A stretch of 64,000 nt of DNA, from NCBI GenBank assembly GCA_036000105.1, contig DASYGE010000007.1:100793-164792 (forward strand), read 5' to 3'. Within the stretch, counting starts at the first letter, position 1, and each line of letters starts with the position of its first letter. The position numbers and the translations under genes were made by a program. The notes beneath the pieces are model-generated. The model did no database searches, had not been told where the DNA came from, and worked only from the letters and a program-made list of their open reading frames with translations. Source of the DNA: Gammaproteobacteria bacterium. GTDB lineage: Bacteria > Pseudomonadota > Gammaproteobacteria > Natronospirales > REEB76. This document shows positions 51,301-60,148 of this stretch, in pieces.

Positions 51301-52128
51301 ATGTACACCCAGCCCAAGAACACGTCGGAGACGAAACCGGTCACCCTCGCCACCCTCGCCAAGATGAAGGCGGAGGGGAAGAGGATCGCGAGCCTCACCG
51401 CCTATGACGCGAGCTTCGCCGCGCTCCTGGATGAAGCGGGCGTGGATTTCGTGCTGGTGGGGGATTCTCTCGGCAACGTCGTCCAGGGGCATGCCACTAC
51501 CGTGCCCGTCACGGTGGATGACATCATCTATCACACCCAGAACGTCGCCCGCGGCCTGAAGCGCGCCTTCCTCATGGCCGACATGCCGTTCATGAGCTAT
51601 CCCACGCCGGAGGAGGCGCTCTTCAACGCTGCGCGCCTCATGCAGGAGGGCGGCGCCAAGATGGTGAAACTGGAAGGCAGCGGACGCCAGGAAGACATCG
51701 TCCGCTATCTCACCGACAATGGCATTCCGGTGTGCGCCCATCTGGGGCTGCGTCCCCAGTTCGTGCACAAGCTGGGTGGTTTCATGGTGCAGGGCCGCTC
51801 AGCCTCCGACGCGAAGCAGATGATCAAGGACGCACAACTCCTGGAGAAGGCCGGCGCCGACATGATTCTCCTCGAACTCGTGCCCAGCAGCCTGGCGGCC
51901 AAGATCACCGCCAAAGTGCATGTGCCGGTCATCGGCATAGGCGCCGGGCCGAAAGTGGACGGCCAGATCCTCGTGCTCTACGACATGCTGGATATCACCC
52001 CGGGTCGCCGGCCGAAGTTCTCTCGCAACTTCATGGCCGATGGAGGCAGTCCCGCCAAAGCGGTGGCCGCCTTCGTGGAAGCGGTGCGCGACGGTAGCTA
52101 TCCCGCGGCCGAACACAGCTTCGACTGA
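51301..52128 (+). CDS. panB: 3-methyl-2-oxobutanoate hydroxymethyltransferase
   Basis: LTAYD, LVGDSLG, KLEG, HLGLRPQ, GIGAG. Confidence 0.96.
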   Translation: MYTQPKNTSETKPVTLATLAKMKAEGKRIASLTAYDASFAALLDEAGVDFVLVGDSLGNVVQGHATTVPVTVDDIIYHTQNVARGLKRAFLMADMPFMSYPTPEEALFNAARLMQEGGAKMVKLEGSGRQEDIVRYLTDNGIPVCAHLGLRPQFVHKLGGFMVQGRSASDAKQMIKDAQLLEKAGADMILLELVPSSLAAKITAKVHVPVIGIGAGPKVDGQILVLYDMLDITPGRRPKFSRNFMADGGSPAKAVAAFVEAVRDGSYPAAEHSFD

Positions 52129-52133
52129 TCGTC

Positions 52134-53033
52134 ATGCTTACGGAACACAGCATCGCGGAACTCCGCCTGCGCATACAGCGCTGGCGCAACATCCGTCAGC
52201 GGGTGGCGCTGGTGCCCACCATGGGCAACCTGCACGCCGGGCATCTCGCGCTGGTCAAACGCGCCCGCGAACTGGCGGACCGGGTGGTGGTCAGCATCTT
52301 CGTGAACCCCATGCAGTTCGGGCCGAAGGAGGATTTCGGCGCCTACCCCCGCACCCCGGATGCAGATCGCCTGCAGCTCGCCGTGAACGGCGTGGACCTG
52401 CTGTTCGCACCTGAAGTGGACGAGGTGTATCCCGGCGGCATGGAGGGTGTCACCAAGGTGGAAGTACCGTCTCTCTCCGGCATCCTGGACGGCGCTTCGC
52501 GTCCCGGGCATTTCACCGGCGTCGCCACCGTGGTGGCGAAGCTCTTCAACATGGTGCAGCCGGATGTGGCGCTGTTCGGCGAGAAGGACTACCAGCAGCT
52601 CCTGGTGATCCGCCGCATGGCCGCCGACCTCTGCCTGCCGGTGGAGATCGTGGGTCACGCCACGGTGCGCGAGCCGGACGGGCTCGCCATGAGTTCACGC
52701 AACCAGTACCTCACCAAATCCGAACGCGCCCAGGCACCGCTGTTGCAACGGGTGCTGCGCGAGACCGTCTTCGCCCTGCGGGAAGGCGCGCGGGATTTCC
52801 TCGCCTTGCAGCAGCAGGCCATGCAGCAGCTGAATGAAGCCGGATTCCGCCCTGATTATGTCGAAGTGCGCCAGGCGGACACGCTGGCCACGCCCGGGGC
52901 TGCGGACCTGCGTTTCGTGGTGCTGGGTGCCGCCTGGCTCGGCAAGGCGCGGCTCATAGACAATATGACCCTGGACCTCAACATCCCGGCGGACCGTACC
53001 GTCGTCTTGAGCCGGGCCGAGAGCGTCGGGTAA
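52134..53033 (+). CDS. panC: Pantoate--beta-alanine ligase
   Basis: VPTMGNLHAGH, FGEKDYQQ, GLAMSSRN, RLIDN. Confidence 0.96.
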   Translation: MLTEHSIAELRLRIQRWRNIRQRVALVPTMGNLHAGHLALVKRARELADRVVVSIFVNPMQFGPKEDFGAYPRTPDADRLQLAVNGVDLLFAPEVDEVYPGGMEGVTKVEVPSLSGILDGASRPGHFTGVATVVAKLFNMVQPDVALFGEKDYQQLLVIRRMAADLCLPVEIVGHATVREPDGLAMSSRNQYLTKSERAQAPLLQRVLRETVFALREGARDFLALQQQAMQQLNEAGFRPDYVEVRQADTLATPGAADLRFVVLGAAWLGKARLIDNMTLDLNIPADRTVVLSRAESVG

Positions 53034-53074
53034 AATAAGCCCTTCGCGTTCGAACCAATCCCCCGGATATCCCC

Positions 53075-53455
53075 ATGCAGGTAACCTTGCTCAAGGCCAA
53101 ACTCCATCGTGCCCGCGTGACCCACGCGGAGCTGGACTATGAGGGCTCCTGCGCCATAGACGGCCGCCTGCTGGATGTCGCCGGCATGCACGACTATGAG
53201 CAGATCCAGATCTACAACGTCACCAACGGCGAGCGCTTCACCACCTACGCCATGCGCGCCGAGGCCGGTTCCGGCATCATCTCCATCAACGGTGCCGCCG
53301 CCCATCGCGCCAAGCCGGGGGACCGCATCATCATCTGCGCCTACTGCCAGATGAGTTCTGCCGAGGCGGCCCACCACAAGCCCCGGCTCATCTATCTCGA
53401 CGAACACAACCAGATCACCCGCACGTCCAACGCCATCCCCGTCCAAGCCGCCTGA
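53075..53455 (+). CDS. panD: Aspartate 1-decarboxylase
   Basis: [29 protein letters not shown]. Confidence 0.96.
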   Translation: MQVTLLKAKLHRARVTHAELDYEGSCAIDGRLLDVAGMHDYEQIQIYNVTNGERFTTYAMRAEAGSGIISINGAAAHRAKPGDRIIICAYCQMSSAEAAHHKPRLIYLDEHNQITRTSNAIPVQAA

Positions 53456-53698
53456 AAACGGATCTTTTGGTCGATAACGGCGGCGCGGCTCTCGGGCATC
53501 CTGCCCTCCGCGGCATAAGGTCGTCCTGACCAAATGCGGCATGCCCTCGGTGCTCATCATCGGATGAGTACCTCGCTACGCATCCTGCTCCGCTAGTCAG
53601 CCAGGGTGGACATCCTGTCCACCCGCTCGCCGCATGCGGCGAGCCCGCGCCTCGGGCAGCACCGCGCCTTGTTCTCGGCCAAAATCTCTCGTTTTCAG
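53452..53698. repeat. Long composite member of the MITE-like family with internal REP-like hairpins
   Basis: Ends CTGAAAACGGATCTTTTGG / CCAAAATCTCTCGTTTTCAG and GCCTTG as in the other copies; internal hairpins at 53494-53506, 53550-53571, 53604-53624, 53626-53643. Confidence 0.65.
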
Positions 53699-53750
53699 TC
53701 CTTAATGTATCTCCGGTGACAAATAGCATCACCGCGGGTTAAGTTAAGGC

Positions 53751-55334
53751 ATGTCATCCATCACCCAGTCCGCCGCCTGGAAGGCACTCGTTGCCCATCA
53801 GGCCGGTTTCGACCGTGCCCGCTTCAGGCAGGGGTTTACGGAAGATACCCGGCGGCTGGAAGACTTCGCCATCAGCGTGGGCGGTCTGCATGCGGATTAT
53901 TCTCGCAGCCTCGCCAGCCGGGAGACACTCGCTCTGCTCCTGAAGCTCGCCGAAGCCGCCCAAGTACCGGATCTGCGCCGTCAGTTGTTCGATGGCGCCC
54001 TCGTGAACAATACCGAACGCCGTGCCGCCCTGCATACCCTGCTGCGCACCGATCCCAAGGATGTGCCCCGGGAACTTTCCAATCAGGCCGGCCAGATAGC
54101 CGAGACCTTCGCGCGCATGCGCGCCTACACAGAAGCGGTGCACGGCGATTCGCGTTTCACCGACGTCGTGGCCATCGGCATCGGCGGTTCGCACCTGGGT
54201 CCCGAACTCGTGGTGGAAGCGCTCACGCCCCTCAAAGGCCCGAGGTTACGCACTCATTTCATCTCCAACGTGGATCCCATGCATGCGGCTCGCGTGCTGG
54301 GCTCCCTGGATCCAGCCCACACCCTGGTGGTGGTCATCTCCAAGACTTTCACCACCCAGGAAACCCTGGCCAACGCCCAGACGGCCCGTGCCTGGCTCGT
54401 GGCTGCATTAGGAGAGAGTGCGGTCGCGGAGCATTTCGCCGCCGTGTCTGCTGCACCGCGCAAGGCCGCCGAGTTCGGCATCTCAAGTGAACGGGTGTTC
54501 GGTTTCTGGGATTGGGTGGGCGGTCGTTATTCCTTGTGGTCCGCCGTGGGCCTGCCTATCACCCTCGCACACGGCTACGACTGTTTCGGTTCCCTGCTCA
54601 GGGGTGCCGCGTCCATGGATCGGCATTTCGAGGCGGCGCCGCTCGAGCGCAACCTGCCGGTGATGCTGGGGCTGCTCGGTATCTGGTACGCGAACTTCTG
54701 GCGGGCCCATACCCGTGCCGTCATCCCTTACCGCCAGGACCTGCACCTGCTGGTGCCCTATCTGCAACAGCTGGAGATGGAGAGCGATGGCAAGCGCGTG
54801 CGCCGTGACGGCACGCCGGTGGATTACGCCACCGCACCCGTGACCTGGGGCGACGTGGGCACCAACGGCCAGCATGCGTTTTTCCAGTTGCTGCACCAGG
54901 GTACGGAACTCGTGCCGGTGGATTTCATCGCCGTGCTGGCGGACGAGAGCGGTAACCCGCACCAGCGGAACATGCTGCTCGCCAACTGTTACGCTCAGGC
55001 GGAGGCGCTGTTCCAGGGCCGCAGCCAGGAGGAGGCGCGCAAGGCCTCAGACAAGGCACTCGCGCCCCACAAGACCTTCGCCGGCGGCCGGCCGAGCAGC
55101 CTCATCACCCTGGAACGCCTGGATGCAGAGAGCCTTGGCATGTTGCTGGCCCTCTACGAGCACCGCACCTTCGTACAGGCCTGCATCTGGGATATCAACC
55201 CCTTCGACCAGATGGGTGTCGAACTCGGCAAACAGGTCGCGGAAGGCGTGTTGCACGCTTTGGAATCAGGCGATGTGGATGGCCTGAAGGATCCCGCCAC
55301 ACGCGACGCTGTGCAGCGTTCTCTCGGAAAATGA
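53751..55334 (+). CDS. pgi: Glucose-6-phosphate isomerase
   Basis: GIGGSHLGP, SKTFTT, WVGGRYSLWS, QLEMESDGK, GTNGQH, FDQMGVELGK. Confidence 0.95.
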   Translation: MSSITQSAAWKALVAHQAGFDRARFRQGFTEDTRRLEDFAISVGGLHADYSRSLASRETLALLLKLAEAAQVPDLRRQLFDGALVNNTERRAALHTLLRTDPKDVPRELSNQAGQIAETFARMRAYTEAVHGDSRFTDVVAIGIGGSHLGPELVVEALTPLKGPRLRTHFISNVDPMHAARVLGSLDPAHTLVVVISKTFTTQETLANAQTARAWLVAALGESAVAEHFAAVSAAPRKAAEFGISSERVFGFWDWVGGRYSLWSAVGLPITLAHGYDCFGSLLRGAASMDRHFEAAPLERNLPVMLGLLGIWYANFWRAHTRAVIPYRQDLHLLVPYLQQLEMESDGKRVRRDGTPVDYATAPVTWGDVGTNGQHAFFQLLHQGTELVPVDFIAVLADESGNPHQRNMLLANCYAQAEALFQGRSQEEARKASDKALAPHKTFAGGRPSSLITLERLDAESLGMLLALYEHRTFVQACIWDINPFDQMGVELGKQVAEGVLHALESGDVDGLKDPATRDAVQRSLGK

Positions 55335-55338
55335 CCGG

Positions 55339-56043
55339 ATGAGCGGGATCGCAGACCAATTCAGACAGAGCGGTTATACGCTGTTGCGCCAGGTGGTGAG
55401 CCCCCAGAGCGCGCAACTCATGACCACCTATGCGCTCATGCAGCAGCAATGGGCCGGCTATTACCAGCCGGAGGACATGTTCCGCGCCGCCATGGGCCGT
55501 TACGCCGACGCCATGAGCGAGACCCTGTTATTGGAGCTGACGCCTTCCATGGAGCAGGCCACAGGCCTGAGACTCCTGCCCTGTTATTCCTATCTGCGCA
55601 TCTACGGTCCCGGCGCGGTGCTGCCGAAGCATCTGGATCGTCCGTCCTGCGAGATCAGCGCCTCCCTGGCCTTGGGTTTCCGCGCAGCGTCCCTCTGGCC
55701 TTTGTGCGTGCATGCCGATGGACAAGACAAGGCCCTGGGACTCGCGCCCGGCGACATGCTGGTGTATCGCGGCGCCGATGTGCCGCATTGGCGGGAACCC
55801 TTCACCGGTGACTGGTGCGTGCAGACTTTCCTGCATTACGTGGCCGCCGACGGCCAATACACGGATTTCAAGTTCGACGGTCGCGAGCGCATCGGTCCCT
55901 TCGACAAGACCACCATGCAGCGCCGCTTCCAGCGAGAGGCGAGTTATGGGCGTGAAGACAAGTTCGCGGCCCCGCCGCCGGACGCGCCTTGTCCCTGCGG
56001 CAGCGGCGTGCTATTCAAGAATTGCCATGGTTCCAAAACCTGA
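55339..56043 (+). CDS. 2OG-Fe(II) oxygenase-like protein with C-terminal SEC-C motif
   Basis: YSYLRIY...LPKHLDRPSCEISA...PGDMLVYRG...HWRE...FLHY; C-terminal PCPCGSGVLFKNCHG. Confidence 0.75.
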   Translation: MSGIADQFRQSGYTLLRQVVSPQSAQLMTTYALMQQQWAGYYQPEDMFRAAMGRYADAMSETLLLELTPSMEQATGLRLLPCYSYLRIYGPGAVLPKHLDRPSCEISASLALGFRAASLWPLCVHADGQDKALGLAPGDMLVYRGADVPHWREPFTGDWCVQTFLHYVAADGQYTDFKFDGRERIGPFDKTTMQRRFQREASYGREDKFAAPPPDAPCPCGSGVLFKNCHGSKT

Positions 56044-56063
56044 GCCCATCTGAAGGTGTGACT

Positions 56064-56552
56064 ATGTTGCTCGAAGGTTCCTGCCACTGCGGCGCCGTCA
56101 CGTTCAGCGTGGAATCCCAGACACCCTATCCCTACATGCGTTGCTATTGCAGCATCTGTCGCAAGACCGCCGGCGGCGGCGGTTACGCCATCAACATCAT
56201 GGGTGATGCCCCGACCCTGAAGATCGTGGGTGAGAAGCACATCAAGGTCTATCGCGCGATCATGCCGGACGAGGAGGGCGTGGAGAAGCCCAGCGAAGCA
56301 CAACGTAACTTCTGCAAGGAATGCGGCTCGGCCTTGTGGCTCTTCGATCCGCGTTGGGCTGAGTGGGTCTATCCCTTCGCTTCAGCGATAGACACGCCGC
56401 TACCCAAGCCGCCGGAGACCGTGAACATCATGCTGGATTTCTCGGCGCCCTGGGTCGGGGTGCCCCGTGGTCCCCGTGACACCCATTATCCGGGGTACCC
56501 CGAGGAAGCCATCCTGGATTGGCATAATCGCCACACCCTGCTGGGATCCTGA
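56064..56552 (+). CDS. GFA/CENP-V family protein
   Basis: GSCHCGAV...CYCSICRK...RNFCKECGS zinc motifs. Confidence 0.88.
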   Translation: MLLEGSCHCGAVTFSVESQTPYPYMRCYCSICRKTAGGGGYAINIMGDAPTLKIVGEKHIKVYRAIMPDEEGVEKPSEAQRNFCKECGSALWLFDPRWAEWVYPFASAIDTPLPKPPETVNIMLDFSAPWVGVPRGPRDTHYPGYPEEAILDWHNRHTLLGS

Positions 56553-56648
56553 AGCGTGGTTCATGGTGCGCCGGGCGCTGTCACATCACTGCAATGACTG
56601 CATTCAATACTGCAGCTACTTCTCGGACTGCCAACAGAGGATAGCTGC

Positions 56649-57002
56649 ATGCCCGCCACCAATCTGTTCATCAATGAGACCGATCCGAAGCATTTCAAGG
56701 CTGGAGAGCGGATCTTCAACGAAGGTGAGGCAGGCGACTTCATGTACGGGGTTATCGAAGGTGAAGTGGAGATCCGCAAGAACGGCAAGGTGGTGGATAC
56801 CGTCAGTCCGGGCGGGATCTTCGGTGAGATGGCTCTCATAGATCACACAGCGCGCAGCGCCACGGCGGTGGCCAAGACCGACTGCAAGGCCGCGCAGATC
56901 AGTGAGAAGCGTTTCTATTTCCTGGTGCAGCAGACCCCGAATTTCGCTCTGCACCTGATGCGGGTGCTGACGGACCGGGTCAGGCACCAGACTAACGCTT
57001 AG
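56649..57002 (+). CDS. Standalone cyclic nucleotide-binding domain protein
   Basis: IFNEGEAGDFMY...G.V...FGEMALID...RSATA; no HTH domain; stop overlaps the queG stop region. Confidence 0.85.
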   Translation: MPATNLFINETDPKHFKAGERIFNEGEAGDFMYGVIEGEVEIRKNGKVVDTVSPGGIFGEMALIDHTARSATAVAKTDCKAAQISEKRFYFLVQQTPNFALHLMRVLTDRVRHQTNA

Positions 57003-58078
57003 GTCTGTACCGCTGGAACACGGTGCTGGGTCAGGGCCCACTGCACATGCTCCCGCACCAGCGCGGAAGGGTGCGACTCCTGTTTCTTGAGAGCGCCGAC
57101 CACCTCATCTGAAGTCGCCGCATTGCCGAGGCCCACGGCGATGTTCCGCAACCATGACTCGTAGCCCACTCGTCTGAGCGCGCTGCCCTCGGTGCGTTTC
57201 AGGAATTCTTCCTCGCTCCAGCCGAAGAGCGCCGCGAGTTTCGGCCCATCCAGTCCCTGGCGCGGTGCGAAATCCTTCTCCGCCGCCACCACGGCGAACT
57301 TGTTCCAGGGGCAGAAGAGCTGGCAGTCGTCGCAGCCGAACACCCGGTTGCCCATGGGTTTGCGGAACTCCTCCGGGATCGAGCCTTTGTATTCGATGGT
57401 GAGATAGGCGATGCAGCGGCGCGCGTCCAGCTGATAGGGGGCGACGATGGCGGCCGTGGGGCACACGTCCATGCAGGCGCTGCAACTGCCGCAATGATCC
57501 GCAGCGGGCGCATCTTTCGGCAGCGGCAGATCGGTGAACAGTTCCCCCAGGAAGAACCAGGAACCGGCGTCCTTGTTGATGAGGTTGGTGTGCTTGCCGA
57601 TCCAGCCCAAGCCCGCGTCCCGGGCGAGGGGTTTCTCCAGCACCGGCGCGCTGTCGGTGAAGGCCCGGTAACCGAAGGGGCCGGTCTCCTCCTGGATGCG
57701 GTCCGCGAGCTTCTGGAGTTTGCCGCGCAATACCTTGTGGTAATCGCGGCCTAAGGCGTAGCGGGCGAGATAGGCCCGGTCCGATTCCTCCAGCAGCTGC
57801 TTCGTCGTGTCTGTTTCCCCCTGCCAGTAATCCATGCGTGCCGAGATCACCCGCAAGGTGCCAGGCAGGAGTTCGTCTGGCCGGCTGCGGCGGGTGCCGT
57901 GGCGCTGCATGTAGTCCATCTCGCCGTGGTGGCCGGCTTCCAGCCAGGCCAGGAGTCGCAGTTCATCTTCCGGCAATTCCACCCCGGCGATGCCCACCTG
58001 CTGGAAGCCGAGTTCGTTCCCCCAGCGTTTTATGCGGGCGGCGAGGGCATCGAAATCAGCTATGGCAGGGGGCGGCAT
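56999..58078 (-). CDS. queG: Epoxyqueuosine reductase
   Basis: YALGRDYH, DSAPVLEK, GWIGK, two Fe-S Cys clusters, WLRNIAV. Confidence 0.95.
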   Translation of the reverse strand: MPPPAIADFDALAARIKRWGNELGFQQVGIAGVELPEDELRLLAWLEAGHHGEMDYMQRHGTRRSRPDELLPGTLRVISARMDYWQGETDTTKQLLEESDRAYLARYALGRDYHKVLRGKLQKLADRIQEETGPFGYRAFTDSAPVLEKPLARDAGLGWIGKHTNLINKDAGSWFFLGELFTDLPLPKDAPAADHCGSCSACMDVCPTAAIVAPYQLDARRCIAYLTIEYKGSIPEEFRKPMGNRVFGCDDCQLFCPWNKFAVVAAEKDFAPRQGLDGPKLAALFGWSEEEFLKRTEGSALRRVGYESWLRNIAVGLGNAATSDEVVGALKKQESHPSALVREHVQWALTQHRVPAVQT

Positions 58079-58099
58079 AAGGCTATATATAATGCCTGT

Positions 58100-59578
58100 A
58101 TGCCTGCGTTACCCGAAACACTTTTCACCGCCGCACAAGTGCGCGAGCTGGATCTGCGCGCCATGGAGAAGGGCGGCATCCCGGCCCAGGACCTCATGCA
58201 ACAGGCTGGCGTAGCCGCTTGGCAGCTCCTTAGCCTGCAATGGCCCGCTGCCACGCGCATCCTGGTGCTCTGCGGCGCCGGCAACAACGCCGGCGATGGT
58301 TATGTGGTGGCGGAGCAGGCCCTCAGCCAAGGGCGGGCCGTCAGGCTCGTGACTCTGGGAGATAGCGATCATCTGCCTGCAACCGCTGCCGGGATGCGCG
58401 GCCGCTATCTGAAGGCGGGCGGCAAAGAAGAGAAGTTCGCCGGCAGCTTGCCGGAAGCGGACGTGGTGGTGGACGCCTTGCTCGGCACCGGACTCGATCG
58501 ACCCTTGAGCGGCGATTGGCTGAAGGCGGTGCAGATGCTGAATGCTTCAGGCCGGCCGGTGCTGTCTCTGGATATCCCCAGCGGCCTCAATGCCGACACC
58601 GGCGCGGAGCTGGGTGTGGCCGTGCGTGCCCAGGTGACCCTCACCTTCATCGCCCTCAAAGCCGGTATGTTCACCGGCGCGGGCCCCGAATGCTGCGGGC
58701 TTCTGCGCTTCGACGATCTCAAGGTGCCGGAGACACTGTCTGCCGATATGGCGCCGCGGGCTTTGCGCCTGCGCAGCAGCGGCATGCGCGGAGCGAAATT
58801 ACCCCGCCGTCCGCGGGATTCCCACAAGGGGGATTTCGGTCACGTGCTCGTGGTAGGCGGCGATCACGGCATGGGCGGGGCCGTGCGTCTCACGGCGGAA
58901 GCCGCCTTGCGTTGCGGAGCCGGTCTCGTGAGCGTCGCCACCCGTGCTGCCCATGTGGATGCGCTGCTGGCCGGCCTGCCGGAAGCCATGGTGCGGGGTG
59001 TAGAGAGACCGGAAGATCTGAGCCCCATGCTGGCGCGCGCCGGCATCGTCGCCATCGGCCCGGGTCTGGGTCAGGACGTATGGGGCCAGAGCCTGTTGAA
59101 ACAGGTACTGACCAGCTCTTTACCCTTGGTAGTGGACGCCGATGCGCTCAATCTTCTCGCCCAAGCGCCCCAGAAGCGCGGCAACTGGATACTCACACCC
59201 CATCCCGGTGAAGCCGGGCGTCTCTGGGGCACCGATACCGCTGCGGTGCAGCACGACCGCTACGCTGCCGCGGAAAACCTGGCGCGGCGTTTCGGCGCCG
59301 TCACGGTATTGAAGGGCGCCGGCAGCCTGATCGCCGTCGCCGGCGAGACTACCGCCGTCTGCACCGCGGGCAATCCCGGCATGGCGGCGCCGGGCATGGG
59401 CGATGTGCTGACGGGTGTCATCGCCGCCCTCGCGGCCCAGGGTCTTTCGCTCGCGGATGCCGCGCGCATGGGTGTCTATGTACACGCCTCTGCCGGAGAC
59501 CTCGCGGCGCGCCAGGGCGAACGCGGGCTCATGGCCCGGGATCTCATGGAGCCCCTGAAGCGCCTGGTGAACGTCTGA
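58100..59578 (+). CDS. nnr: Bifunctional NAD(P)H-hydrate epimerase/dehydratase
   Basis: CGAGNNAGDG, DALLGTG, DIPSG, HKGDFG, DADAL, TPHPGE, GMGDVL. Confidence 0.94.
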   Translation: MPALPETLFTAAQVRELDLRAMEKGGIPAQDLMQQAGVAAWQLLSLQWPAATRILVLCGAGNNAGDGYVVAEQALSQGRAVRLVTLGDSDHLPATAAGMRGRYLKAGGKEEKFAGSLPEADVVVDALLGTGLDRPLSGDWLKAVQMLNASGRPVLSLDIPSGLNADTGAELGVAVRAQVTLTFIALKAGMFTGAGPECCGLLRFDDLKVPETLSADMAPRALRLRSSGMRGAKLPRRPRDSHKGDFGHVLVVGGDHGMGGAVRLTAEAALRCGAGLVSVATRAAHVDALLAGLPEAMVRGVERPEDLSPMLARAGIVAIGPGLGQDVWGQSLLKQVLTSSLPLVVDADALNLLAQAPQKRGNWILTPHPGEAGRLWGTDTAAVQHDRYAAAENLARRFGAVTVLKGAGSLIAVAGETTAVCTAGNPGMAAPGMGDVLTGVIAALAAQGLSLADAARMGVYVHASAGDLAARQGERGLMARDLMEPLKRLVNV

Positions 59579-60042
59579 TGCGGCTCGCCCTGGCGGACAG
59601 TATCGCCACGGAAGCGGCGGGTGCGCACTTGGGCCCCTTGCTGCCTGCGGGCGAGATGGTGATCTATCTGCAAGGCGATCTGGGTGCCGGCAAGACCACC
59701 CTGGTGCGAGGTCTGTTGCAGGCCCTGGGTCACGTGGGGCGGGTGCCCAGCCCCACCTATACTCTGGTGGAGCCTTATAGCCTCGGCAAGCTCGAACTCA
59801 AACACCTGGACCTCTACCGCATCGCCGATCCGGAGGAGCTGGCATACCTTGGTATCCGTGACATGGGCGGCATCCTGCTCGTCGAATGGCCGGAGAAGGG
59901 TGTGCACTTCCTGCCGCCGCCAGACCTGGTCTGCCGGCTGGATACCGCCCCCCCAGGGCGGGTGCTGGAAGCCGAGGGTAAGACCGAAGCGGGGAGGGCC
60001 TTGTGTCGGGCCTGGGGTTCCGCGGCAGGCCTGAAATCATGA
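59578..60042 (+). CDS. tsaE: t6A biosynthesis ATPase TsaE
   Basis: GDLGAGKTT, SPTYTL, HLDLYR, VEWP. Confidence 0.94.
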   Translation: MRLALADSIATEAAGAHLGPLLPAGEMVIYLQGDLGAGKTTLVRGLLQALGHVGRVPSPTYTLVEPYSLGKLELKHLDLYRIADPEELAYLGIRDMGGILLVEWPEKGVHFLPPPDLVCRLDTAPPGRVLEAEGKTEAGRALCRAWGSAAGLKS

Positions 60043-60093
60043 GGTCTGACTCTAAGATAAGCATGTATCTCTTTAAATCTAATAATAAAAACA

Positions 60094-60122
60094 GTTGAAA
60101 ACCTTCTTGGATGGTGTATAAC
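60094..60122 (+). promoter_or_regulatory. Sigma70 promoter of amidase-mutL-miaA with AT-rich upstream element
   Basis: TTGAAA-N17-TATAAC preceded by an AT-rich tract. Confidence 0.6.
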
Positions 60123-60148
60123 TTATAAACACCGGCGGTTCCGGGAGG

